A stretch of 63,979 nucleotides of DNA, counting the filler, from Bigelowiella natans CCMP2755 (Eukaryota > Protista > Cercozoa), in assembly GCA_000320545.1 (NCBI GenBank). It is 6 parts of 6 records of this genome, joined end to end, with 100 filler letters (N's around TTAATTAATTAA, not from the genome) between each part and the next. Parts side by side here need not be neighbours in the genome. Positions count along the whole stretch, not along the records: positions 51,452 to 60,194 come from ADNK01000775.1; positions 60,295 to 63,979 come from ADNK01000195.1; 4 more parts are not named here. One strand, 5' to 3'. This document shows positions 51,794 to 63,979 of this stretch, piece after piece. The notes below the pieces were generated by a model. That model saw only the letters and a list, made by a program, of their open reading frames with translations. It was not told the origin of the DNA and ran no database searches. The position numbers and the translations under genes are program-made. The first letter of the stretch is position 1; the number at the start of each line of letters is the position of its first letter.

Positions 51794-53558
51794 TGCCTCC
51801 TCTTCTTCCTCCTCCTCCTCTTCCTCCAACTTACGAAAGCAACTATAGCAACACTGGTAGCAAGACTGACGACTATCGTGTTCAGGAGATACCTTTTCAA
51901 CGGATGATATCCAACAACAAGCATATATCAAATAACCGGTCCCCTCCCCCATTCTCCTGACGCCACCATAATTCTTCTCTATCTCTTCATCGATGTCTAC
52001 TCCTCCTTCTCCTCGTACTACTCCTACGACTACTACTACTACTACAACTTCAACTACCATCTGAGCTTGGACTCAGGTGCACGGAATGGATTTCGGATGG
52101 AGGAGACTGCGTTGACCATCGTGGCTAGCTGCCAGGCTGCATGCATAAGCATAGTGAGTGGTGGTGGTGATGGTGATGAAAACAACAATAAGAAAGGTGC
52201 TTTGGTGCTGCGAAATGATTGGAAGATGAGAGGCAGCTTCTAGTTCTAGGGAGGGGGTGGTGGAAAGGGAGGCTATGATCATACCGTCGCCAAGTACAAC
52301 CCAATCACCCCTCCCACCACTGACTACTACCAGAACTACTACAACTTACCACTTAATCACTGACTACTATTTCATCCTCATTGGTTATTATTCACCACGC
52401 AGACCCATCATCCCTCCTCCCTCTTGTCTCGACACCAACCACAAGCTACTACGATCAATTGCTATCAAGCAGCCAGCAGTACCTTGTAGCCCCATGATGA
52501 ACCATTGCGTGAAGACGGACACCGCAGGTGTGCAAAAGGAGGAGGCTGGCTTTCCGTCAAGATGCAACGAGTTCATTATTAGCAGCACGACCATTAGTCC
52601 GAAAACATTCAACTGAGTATTTAGGTGGTGGAGGAGGAGGAGGAGGAGGAGGAGGAGGAGGAGGAAGGTCATATGACGATAAAGTGGTGTGCACAAACGA
52701 AGCAAGAATACAAAGCAAACACAAGAAATGCAGTCGGATTCAGTGCTTTATTTTGTCCCAACCGATTTCAGAATCTCCAGCTTCCCTGGCCATGCCTGCA
52801 AGCGCGGCGACATTGCATAGCACCCGAAAACGATGAGCATGAAGAAGATCTGTTCGTTAGGATCACCCGATCATTCTTATGTATGGGGTTGTTAATGAAT
52901 AAGAAATCCATCGTGAAATAGGTTTAGGTTGCTCCGCAGTAATGCATGTGTGCCTATGTGTGCGCAACACACCGAAATCGTGCACATTGTAGTGTAGATG
53001 TCTTGAACTGTACGATCCTCAACTTGTACCTTAAAAGACCATAAGGAGCAAGTGATCATTTCATATTCTATGTTCCTAAAAAATACTTGTTTCCTCGTAC
53101 CGATGTCATCCCTAATTTCTGTCCAACACGGTCGACGCTTAAATCCATCGTCTTTCCGATACACTTAAGTAAAGTCTTTCTCGGATGAAGATAATATGTT
53201 CCCCCTGGATCAACCACGTAATCCTGAAATACATGGATTTAATGACGCGGCGAGAGGTCGCCGAAACAGCGAAGAAGCAGAGTTCATTTGTACCAGATCG
53301 GGATGACATAAATTGTTGTCACCGCAATGGCAAGAGAGAATAGCAGGAGCCTGTCGATTGGTAAGTACAAACATCTATCAGTCTCATAACAATTTTTGAT
53401 TCATTGTTGACAATACCGATACGTTGGTGGCGAAATCTCCCAATGTGATTTTCAGTGGTACCGCTGCATCGATTGAGATAACATTATATCATATAAAAAT
53501 CGAAGCGTGTAGTAGTGTAGTAGTGGTAGTAGTAGTAGTAGAAGAAGAAGAAGAAGAC

Positions 53559-53598
<40 letters not shown>

Positions 53599-54049
53599 CA
53601 GTATGTTCTTTTCTAGAAACAATCTTGACAGAAAGGGGGAGAGTTAGCACTATTGGAGGAGGAGGAGAAGAAGGACAACACAGGTCTCTTATACCGTTGG
53701 CGACTTTGATGTTGTCATTAGGCTCCACAAACACACCCATTGTCATCCTGAATTCTTCTGCTAGGCAGAGCAGACAGGCAGCAGCGAATCAGCGCCAAAA
53801 ATGGGGAGGGGCGGACGGCGCCTCGCTAGCTCGGGGGCAGCTCGATTCGAGTTCCGAAATCTAAATCCTTTACGAGAATCCCTCTACGACATCAATATTC
53901 CATGTCGCAGCATATATTTGTAAGGCATTCTGATCTCTTACAATAACATGGCAATAGTCTAGATAGATGAAGTAGTGTTGCATGTCGCAGAAATTAAACA
54001 CAGGTCATTCTGCATGTTTTCTTTTATCGTAACAACATTTTGACAACAG

Positions 54050-55257
54050 TCACCAACCCGACCCACGATTTGTGGGGAGAGCGCTTAACCACCAGGATGG
54101 AGGCCAAGAACGCGGGTAGGGTGCTCTCCTTCCCTCGCCCAAATATAAAACCGCTCGCAATTCCCCGCCCCGGAAGTGAGGAAAGTTATCGTGGAGGCGG
54201 ATCGGGTTCCAGAAGCTTTGCAGGTGAGGAGGAAAGTGTTGAGGTGCAGATACATAAGATGCAGGCAATTATAAAGCAAAGAAAGTCTGAGCTACGCACC
54301 CTTAAGGCAGCAGCCAGGCTAGCCAGATGTGAGTCAAAGTGTTTCGAGGTCCAAATAGGCAACGAGGATGTACGCACGTTGCACAAGCATGTAGAAGATG
54401 CAGAAAAAACGCTTGTGGAAACTCTTGACTACAGAACAAAATGCTTGAAGCATCTTCAGAGCCTCTACGCCTACAGTGCCGAGAAGATGACTTCTGAACG
54501 TACCATCAAAGCAGAGTTACAAAAAATGATGTTTGATATCAGAACGGAGGAGCAAAAATCTCGCTCTGCGTCGAGAAAACAATCGGCAGTTGCAAAGGAA
54601 GCCGAAAGATTAAAGGAGAAATTGAACGAGAAAATAAAAAAGAATCAGCGAGACCTTGAAATAGTTAGAAAGCGTGCTGAGAGAGCAGGTTGTGCACAGC
54701 CTTTGACAAAACAGGAGAGAACGTTAATACGGAGCTCCATGCCACACATCTGGCAGAAGCTGCATCAAATGGATCCGAACCTTAGAATATCGCCTGGTAT
54801 GGTCCAACAAAAATTCTTAGAATTTGCAGCAGCCTTTGAAGACCAAGCAGACACAAAAGGATCAGCTGAGCGCACTGATCGATTGAGAGAAAATCTGCAG
54901 AATCTGGAACAAAAGTTGTCTTCTTTGAAGAGGATGGATAAGGAAATGTTAATGCATGAGAGCGAGACGAAATGGGACAGGATTCGCAAAGCTCAAGCAG
55001 ATGCAGACGCTTCTAAAGTCAAATACGCTTGGTTAATTCGGAAAATGATGGAGATGAAGGAAGCCATGTCCTCTCTCACCGCTGGAATTGCACACGCTCT
55101 TGATATTCCAGACATGCTAGAACTTCCACAATTCAAACTTTCGAAAGAAGGTGAAAGAAGAGGTCAACAAGTCGATGATGGAATGACGGCATGGAAAGAT
55201 ATTCCAGAGATATTAGGTACAGCCCTTGAAAAATTCATGCATATCACTCTTATGTGA
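54050..55257 (+). CDS. Coiled-coil protein, large terminal exon (upstream exons probably from ~53326)
   Basis: 405-codon non-repetitive ORF rich in K/E/R/L with heptad character, preceded by an AG acceptor. Candidate first exon MARENSRSLSIG|gtaagt at ~53326. Confidence 0.7.
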
Positions 55258-55439
55258 CTTGAACAGTTTCTGATGTAATATTTGTTTCCAGATGTTTTAA
55301 AACGGGCGATACAAATGCTATTGTCAATCGGTAGGTCTCGAGAATTCACATAAGATCTACAGTTCTTGACCCAAAACACTGAGTAATATATTTAGCATCC
55401 TATAATTATGCTTTGAAAACTCGAGTGAATGTATAGAAT

Positions 55440-55473
55440 TTAGCAGATTAGTACGTCACACACGCAGCTGTAC

Positions 55474-55509
<36 letters not shown>

Positions 55510-56100
55510 CATCCATGCCATATATGGTACAGTGATCAGAGTATGTATGAGCGCGCGTGGGATCATAGACACAGTAATATCACACAGCGTCGCAAGTGGC
55601 ATATGCATGTGACATACTCACGGACGTGTGGCTAAGCTAGCTAAGTCTCGATTGACGTCGCCGGAATCTAACACATCATGCAGATCCGCGACAGCTATCA
55701 TGAGACGGATGTCCAGATGTATAATGAATTGATTTAATCTTTTCAATGGTCGTCCTAATCTAGCTAATGTAGCTGTGCGATGCAGTGCAGCGGTTACAGC
55801 TATCTAGCTATCACGTATCTGATAAGTCGATCCAGGATCGGAGCAAGCTGCTGTGTTGTGTAGATTAGCATAGTTGGTGTTACAAGATGTGCAAACTAGT
55901 AGCTAGGTAGGTAGTATATATACAAGTTGGCGCCTGCCTTTGCTACCTTGGCATGTATACGCGTGTGCAGAGTACATGTTGTATTATGCTGATAAAACTT
56001 TCGTACTCTTAGTATACATGCTAGCCGAGCCAGGGCTTTCATTATTACATTGAAGGTTACAGCTAGACATACATAGAACGATGACGCACGCGAAAACAAA
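55440..56100. repeat. CTAG-rich intergenic repeat island including a dispersed-repeat copy (55701-55800)
   Basis: Core matches the copies at 2991-3070, 18535-18620 and 44356-44432. Confidence 0.6.
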
Positions 56101-56202
56101 GCTTCTTAGCAGAAGCATGCAACGCTACGGTGGCGACGGAGATGACGACATAGAATCCCACTTCACACATCCTTTGCCTTTTGGAACAAAATCATGAATA
56201 AG

Positions 56203-57173
56203 TCAATTATATTGTTGTTGTGATTCGAAGCAAGTAACAACTTGATAGTTGCATACCTTTCTTGTCACCTTCTGGATACTCGCTCCACAACTCCTACAAC
56301 AATATTGGTGAAGAATGAGCAATGAGCGACTGGGCGCATTTGCTTTTTTGGCTAGATGACTCGCTACTTCGTTTCTTAGTATACCAATTACAAACCTGTG
56401 CGTATGCAATCGACACATCCGGAGAGATGACCTAGCATGATTAGCACAAATGGAAGCAAAGACACGGTGGCGAATGATGACGATGATGATGATGATGGTG
56501 GTGATGATGATGATTATGATGATGTTCTCAGCGTGCCCTTATCTTTATTTCTCGTCGTCGTGATCATCAACATTCTTTACAAACCTCATGTGTCGACCAT
56601 GCGGGGACGTAAAGAGTTTCTCCTTGCCGCAGGCAGATGTGCTCTATGTCGCACTGCATGTTTACAACGAAAGAGAAAAGATCAACGCAACGAAGATTAT
56701 TACATCGAGGGAGAGCGACAGTTGTCACCACATGCACCTTAAACACCATTTTTGGGGATCAACAGCAGCCGCAGAAGAAGCAACTGCACGATGCCCAGCT
56801 GCTACCTGCAAATAAGCCTTTGCCAACAGATCGCGAATCTTCTTGATCAAGCGATTCCCCCTCTCCTTCGAACATGGACAGAGTTGGTAGCACACTTGCA
56901 GCAGGTTCTGCGTAGTAAGTAACAATGTGATTATCACAGAAGAAGATAACATCACAGAAATGGCGACAATCAGGAGAGGAAAAAAAAAGAGGAAAGAAAG
57001 GGACGAACAGCATTGATGCATAATTACATTTTCCCTTCCTTCTCTCTCATTCTCTTACTCTACCATTGCTGCCCCGAGCCTCATATCGCTTGTTGTATTC
57101 CAGAAACTCTCTCCTACCTGATGTTAGCGTAAGAGGAAAAACTACCCAATGAGGGTTGGCCGATAGTCTGCAC

Positions 57174-57218
<45 letters not shown>

Positions 57219-57575
57219 CCTTTCTATCATACAAGTTGGTAGTAAAGCGTAGTCATGATAGTCCCGTCCTCAGTGCTTTCATTGTAAAACGACAGCGAAT
57301 CCTGTGCAGGAGTCGTAGATAATAAGAATCAGATAATAGTGTGTGACGACAATGATGATGATAATGATGATGATGATGATGATGATGATGGTGATGATAG
57401 TGTGCATTCGCCTGCTACCTGGTGCCATAACGTGTGATGATACTGCTTCGCTCCATACCGCTCCATCACTTCATTTAATGACCGTTGCTGTGTGTGATTG
57501 GGTTGTGATGATGGTGGGAGAGATTAGGAAAGTGCAAGCTTTTTAATGGGGAAGATGCTGCCTACAGCGACTAGA

Positions 57576-57613
<38 letters not shown>

Positions 57614-58045
57614 CGTCGAGGAGGAAGAAGATAATGCATTTAATTAAGGACAAGCATCATCGATATGTTTGGGTTGAAGCACGAGACGACATCATCCATA
57701 TCTAAATTTGAACTTATTTTTTGATTATTTTCCTGCTCACTTGCTCATGCAGGATGAGGGTTCCAATCGTAAATTAATAACAACAACAAGAAGAAGAACA
57801 AAACCAACTGCTAGTAAAGCTGAAATTGTAGCAGCAATTCGATAGATAGCAAGCCCCCACACATGCACGCACACGTACACGCACACACGCACGGTTTTGG
57901 GTGTAAGCTGATAGTGTAGAGCAGTCCTTATCCTGATGAAGAAGAAGAAGGAGGCTGGATCAATATGCATACATGCATCAAAATTAAGAAAGCTATCTTC
58001 AGAGATCGATTATGTACATCCCCTCTCTCCTCACATTCATATACG

Positions 58046-58076
<31 letters not shown>

Positions 58077-59007
58077 AGAAATGATCATCACACTCAGAAG
58101 TTACTGTTTCACCTTTCTCTAACTGCTGTCTTCACACTCGGCTCGAGTGATTCCTACAGATATCAGGAATTTTATCATTGTGTCGTCATTGATGATAGAT
58201 CCCCATTAGATTGGAGTTGTGTGGGAGAGCAAGTAAAGCTTGGTTCAAATCATCTTGTCCTCATCATCATCATTAATACGCTCATTATCACCTTTCCGGA
58301 GACTTTGAGTAGCACGTGTGCGGCGTTCATGCCACAGGTGCGGAGACCTCCTGAATAGAAGTCAACCGAGCGACAAGGACATATCAGGAATGGTCATGAT
58401 GATGATGATGATGATGATTATGTGAAATGATGCAGAAATGACAATGTTGTCATGCAATGTGCCTCCCTTTTCTTATCGTCATGTATTATCGTCTTTATCG
58501 TCTTATCCTCGATCGTCGCATCCATGTATATCAGGATCGACATCTTCAGCTATTATTTATAGGCGGCGCGATAAGAGTCCCCCCCCCTCTCTCTCTATCT
58601 CTGTGTGTCCATTCTCACGTACTTGATTTCATAAGTAGGATTTGTTTATTTAGACCGTAGTATCTCTTTTTGGCCTTGCAGTGCCTATTCATTGTTGTTG
58701 TTGTTGTTTTGTTGTTATTCTTATAGGAAGGAAGGATTGGCTGGGAATAGATAGGCATGATGATCTCACGAAATAGACAAATACTGAGGAAAGATCCGAC
58801 GAAATGCGAGGAGTAAAGAGGAGAGGACAGCTACTCACTTGATATAAAGCGTCATGCAAATTGCGCTAGAGTTGTGGTATCTGAGGCTGATTGAAACAGT
58901 GTTTTCAATATTATGAAGTATACTCATAACCAGGGAGAAAGAATTAGTGGAAACTATCGTTCTCTAAATTTATTAGTGTGAGAGATGCGAAGGACCGACC
59001 ACCCGAG

Positions 59008-59047
<40 letters not shown>

Positions 59048-59201
59048 AGTAAGTAGTAGCAGTGGCAATATATAGCAAGAGCCGCAGCAACAACAAGTTC
59101 TACTACCTTAGCAACTGTGCAGCAAGCATATTCCGATTGATGACCGTTTCAGTCTCTCTCAAGCCACGCACTGGTGATCCAACGTGTATGATAGAAATAC
59201 C

Positions 59202-59236
<35 letters not shown>

Positions 59237-60085
59237 TTCATATAGGGTAATACAGTAGCACGAGTAATAATGGAGACCCATGGTAATTCAATTACAATGA
59301 ACTTAAAAAACATAAATTGCTGTAAGCTGTTGTTTGTTGTTGCAGATTATTAATCAATGCATAACGACTATGATGAGATCATCATCATCATCATTTCAAC
59401 GTCAAACAGAAATTGACCTTTCACTGCCTTCGATACTCTACCCCCTGCTGTTAAAAACATACATCGCCATCAGCAGCAGCAACAGCTGCAGCAGCAGCTT
59501 GAACTCTTATCAGCATCCTCATCATCGTCATCATCATCATCATCATCATCACCACCACCACCATAAAAACTAGGCTGCAACCTCTCACTACGACAGCTAG
59601 TATTCTTTATGGCACAACACAAAAAGCTTAAAGGAAATCCACATCCTACTACTGCTGCATGCGGAAGGAGGGGGCTCGACAGAAGACTCTGCTGCGTCGT
59701 TCTTCTCTTCGACTCCCCCCTCCATTTTGGATCTTCCATTTGCTTTGTTCGATTTTGCTCGCACATACATTAGAGGGGAGGGGGGTGGGCAGGGAAGGTA
59801 ACTTACACTTAATTCCTCCGACATCGACATGCGGGTGGCGAAGGAGGCATTCAAGAGCCTTCTCAGGCTATGCATATTACAACAACAATCAAAAGCAGGA
59901 AGGTGAGCATGCTGTGATGGATGATGTAGTATACATGACACGAGATCATAAGATGAAGGAGGGTAATGATAGATGACAATTATAGTGTAGAATTAGTAGT
60001 AGTAGTAGTAGTAGTAGTAGTTGTAGTAGTACTTCTTCTGGGGTAAGGCCGCACACCCGCGCGAATTCGTTCATTTCTGAGAGAA
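56203..60085 (-). CDS. JmjC/cupin-like domain protein (5' end probably in gap)
   Basis: Exons give TIIHDD (HxD), HVLLKVSGK, and CLRQGETLYVPAWSTHE (typical JmjC C-terminal L..GE.LYVP.W.H motif); terminal ORF 56203-56418. Several junctions unresolved. Confidence 0.55.
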
Positions 60086-60149
60086 TGAAAAGAGAGAATA
60101 TTACAATGTTTTCTGAACATAGCGTAAAGAGGTGAGTTAGGAACAACTG

Positions 60150-60184
<35 letters not shown>

Positions 60185-60294
60185 CTCTCTCTCTNNNNNN
60201 NNNNNNNNNNNNNNNNNNNNNNNNNNNNNNNNNNNNNNTTAATTAATTAANNNNNNNNNNNNNNNNNNNNNNNNNNNNNNNNNNNNNNNNNNNN

Positions 60295-62031
60295 TCCTCC
60301 TCCTCCTCCTCCCTCCTCCTCCTCCTCCTCCTCCCTCCTCCTCCTCTCTGATTGAATCATTATCCAAATAATTCTCATCATCAATACTTATGACGCTAAC
60401 TTTCTTCTCATCTCTTCTCGTTTGATTAGGGTTAAGAAGTAATAACATTACGCACCAAAGTAAGCAGTAATTGGAGATATAAATATATCGACTCAATGTG
60501 GTAAATATCAGATAAAAATAATGATAAAAAACTTTGAACGCTCATTTCTTCCCCGCCTCCTTCCCTCCTCCTCCTCCCTCATTATCATGTATATATATTT
60601 TGAGATAGGATATATACTCGTTATTATCGATCAACCTTCATAGAGCGGGCCCAGTATCTTTGTCTTTCCTCAGGCTTAAAAAATAGAGGGAGGAGAAAGA
60701 AGCAGCAGCAATATGTATCCATGGCAATTAATAGTACCATGTACTACCATAACAACTCTGTTATCACCATATTACCTGTCTATTTTTTTTTCTTCCATTC
60801 TTATATTTAGAAATGTTATGTTATCAGAAAAAGTTACTTTGCCTCAGTAGAAAAATAACCATCTCTATTGATGATTATATGTCAATTTGTGCGAGTATTT
60901 TGTTATGTAAAAGGCCTAATGATACTTTAGTCTTTCTACGAAGTAAAAACCACAACTAGCATCACTACCAAATCATCGATTTCTAAAAGAAGAAGGACAA
61001 CGTGTACCGAGAACATAAAATTGTCATGTGTCATTGGTTTGTGCCCCTTTGAATAGCTTCCTTCTTCCCCCCTTTGTATAGTCAGATATCAGTTTCCATA
61101 AAAGACAACATGCTTCGCCCTCACAACATGATAATGGCCATGTGGTGTCAATAATGATCATGCATCAATACTTAGCCTTATGTAAGAATAAGACATATGA
61201 TTTGAGGCGTGCAATTCTGTAGATATCATCAGCGTCTCATTGTGGTCATCGTCATATAATATACACCCTCTTCTTCTTCATCATCATCATCATCATCATC
61301 ATCTTCTTCTTCTTCTTGTGTTCTTACAGTAAATAATGTAGTAGTACTACTACCGATAATCTGGAATTCCACTTTTTGTGCTGCATCCCGCCCCTGTTAT
61401 CAGTACCTTGATGATGATAATAACGATGATAGAAGGGAGAAAATATATGGTTCAGATGAATGTATATAAATTACTTTATGTTTGGTTAGTGTGGTAATCG
61501 TTTTGAATTTACAATGTTATTGCTCTGTTGCACGAGCTCTTTGAGTTGATTAAATGCTGCTGCTGTTCTTGCTGTTGTTTTGTTACTCCGAGGAATAGCT
61601 TGATAGCTTTGAGGAAGAAAGATTTCATCATTACTTAAACTGATAATCTCTCCTTTTTCATTGTGCTGCTGTGCTCCTTCCCTTACAACTCCTTTCCTGA
61701 TCATGACTACCTCCCCCTCACCCTCATTCATTGGACTTATGGGTGAGGACAAAAATCTTAAAAAATCCGCTCTGGTTCTCCTTGTTCTTCCTCTTCCTTT
61801 TTTGCCTGTTATCGTACCCACAATACCGCTATTGAGAATTAGTGCTGCAGCAGTGGGTAGCACAACAGCACGGTGGTAGTTCTTTCGGGGGAGGAGGAGA
61901 GGCATCGATCCAAAATTTCTGCTACTACAGCTACTAGTACTGCAACCACCACTACCCCTCCTCCTACTACCAAATGTACAACGAAGCTGCTGCTGCTGCT
62001 GCCGCTGAATTTGCGCTGATGCCTTCCTCAT
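60295..62031 (-). CDS. Hypothetical protein, first exon with organelle-presequence-like N-terminus
   Basis: 181-aa ORF 61486-62031 starting MRKASAQIQRQ...RCTFGSRRRGS (R/S-rich); downstream exons unresolved. It may or may not belong to the JmjC gene across the gap. Confidence 0.35.
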
Positions 62032-62686
62032 GTTAGTAGTAGATGGTAATGAACTAACTGATTGAAGTAGATGAGCAACCAGCCAAAGAATGGCTGAAAG
62101 ATGTTGTATTATCGTGGTGATCGTCGTGGTTAAGAGTATTTTATGGTAATTAATGATCTTGTGAGGAGGTAGGTGATGGGTAAGTGGTGTTCCAGCGATG
62201 TGCTTCCTTCTGAAGTAGAGTGAATTGAAGAAAAGAGGAAGAAGAGAGGAGGGTGCAATAGATGATGGCGATGGGGGGAGAGAATAGAAATGTTATTCTT
62301 CTTGTTTGTTGTTTGTCGGCGGTTGAACGTAATTCTGGTGGCTGCTTGTAGGTGCTCTCCTCAGGACAGGACACGTGGCATGTGTGTATTATTGTATGTG
62401 TTGTATGTGTGTTCTTGTAGATCGTGTAGTCAGTCTACTCGTACGCCACAATTTACTACTACTCAAAATTGTAAAAATACGAGGACATACTCGTACTACG
62501 ACCACATACGAGACTCTCTATTCGTTGTCGCACTGTGTAATTGGCTTTCTGTACAACTTCTCTACTACTTCTTCTACTTCTATTCCAAACGGGATACTAA
62601 TTACATAGTGCGACAAGGAATATAACATGTCTTAGTGGTAATTATTCGTTTACAATTAATTTATCCCCCCACCCTCCCCTCGCCGC

Positions 62687-62946
62687 ATGAAGGGCTTATA
62701 CTCTTCTCCCTTGATTGGAGCGAAGCTGACGCGGATACAAACCCTAGAAAACGGTGAAGGAAATGAGCAAGACTTGAAAGTGAGCAAGGGGAGGGGCCTG
62801 ATTGCTGCTATGGATCTCAAACCAGGAGACGTCGCTGTGTGTCAGGTGGTGGTTCACTGGAAGGAAAAAGAGCACGAGAAGAATAAGAAGAGAAGAGAGG
62901 GGAAACGGAGGAGGAGTCGGCGGTCAAGCACATCCGTTGGGGACAT

Positions 62947-62987
<41 letters not shown>

Positions 62988-63979
62988 GAAGGATATTTTT
63001 TCATTTTTCATTCATCAGGACAACGTCCACAAAATCCCTCTTCCTTCTTATGTTTGTCATCCATCTTCACTAGGAGCCATTTGTCCACGCGATAGATAGA
63101 GCTCACCGAAATCAAGTTTGTGATTGGTGCGCTTGTAGGGCGAATGAAAAAATGCTCCAAAGGTTGTAATGAGATGTGACGACTACTAAGGATGATTGGC
63201 GAAGGCGTAGCAGTAGTAGTAGAAGAAGAAAAACAACAAAAAGTAAAAGATACCATATGCATTTGATCTTGTTCTCTTTTACTATCATGATTTTTCCTCC
63301 TCTTAGGTGTTCCCTTTGCAAAGGGGTTTCCTACTGTAGTCGAAAGTGTCAGGTGTATGTGTGTGTCTGTGTGTGTTGCTGTTGTTGTTGCGAGCACATA
63401 GAGAATATGCTTAGTGGAACAACAACCTAGATACTACAATGTAGCACAGCTTTTAACACAATGAATTATGAACTCTCCTCAATTAATCGTGGTTTACCTC
63501 CTCCTCCTCCTCCTCTCCCCTTCATCCCAGGTTTCAGCTTGGAAGGCATACCACAAGATGGAATGTCGATGTGTCAAAGCCGTTCGACCTTTGTAAACAC
63601 TGAACAACAACAACAACAACAACAATAACTATCATAATAATAACATCAACAATAATTCGTCCTGATGCTCGTTGTCTATCATCCCTTAACATTATTGAAT
63701 TCCCAAGTGATTTAGACATTTAAGTGTTGTGACGAGACGTACTATCACTATTGCTATTCCTTTGGGGTGCAACCATTCAATTATCTTCATACCCGTCCTT
63801 TTCCTTATGTCCCTCCTCCTCCTTCTCCTTCTCCTCCTCCTCTACCTCCCCCTCTTCCTTCTCGCGTGTTTCTACTACTTTTAGAATCCCTCCAGTGGAT
63901 ATTATGGTGGCTGGACGCATAGCAATTTTGATGCTGCTTGAGGGTGGGGGGATCTTATCATCATCATCATTATCATCGT
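62687..63979 (+). CDS. SMYD-family SET and MYND domain protein (3' end outside window)
   Basis: KGRGLIAAMDLKPGDVAVCQ|EPFVHA...VCDWC...LQR|CSLCKGVSYCSRKCQ|VSAWKAYHKMEC: split SET N-terminus followed by a MYND zinc finger. Confidence 0.9.

Noticed and set aside
51452-52840. Exon-like fragments after the gap as the C-terminus of the metal ATPase
   Set aside because: No P-type ATPase motifs (CPC, DKTGT, GDGIND) are visible and the frames could not be joined confidently.
20334-60294. Identical TTAATTAATTAA motif recurring five times, embedded in Ns
   Set aside because: Artificial scaffolding linker (stops in all six frames), not biology. Adjacency of genes across these gaps is not guaranteed.
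524-63719. Hundreds of short ORFs with poly-CV, HT, YI, SL, ER, M, H or S runs
   Set aside because: Translations of intronic microsatellites or antisense shadows of real exons.

Overview
Gene-dense, intron-rich eukaryotic nuclear DNA. Nearly every intron holds simple repeats, and five 100-nt N-gaps each carry an artificial TTAATTAATTAA linker. A signal-peptide plus transit-peptide protein suggests an alga with a secondary plastid, chlorarachniophyte-like (inference). Most ORF-track entries are microsatellite noise, so I spliced the real genes by eye. They include a plastid-targeted membrane protein, tRNA-Leu(AAG), a mitochondrial-type PPR protein, hexokinase, a U-box/F-box protein, a DHHC palmitoyltransferase, WDR24, an ABM/LsrG-like protein, EXD2, a G-alpha subunit, a P1B heavy-metal ATPase, a coiled-coil protein, a JmjC-like protein, a SMYD-type SET-MYND protein and several hypotheticals. 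Two signals stand out. (1) Repeat-derived intergenic islands are almost free of TpA except in CTAG, and paired repeat copies differ by TA->TG/CA changes, suggesting a repeat-targeted 'inverse-RIP' A->G hypermutation process. (2) The hexokinase resembles trypanosomatid enzymes and has a perfect N-terminal PTS2, hinting at peroxisomal (glycosome-like) sugar phosphorylation. Exon boundaries and counts are manual and approximate.
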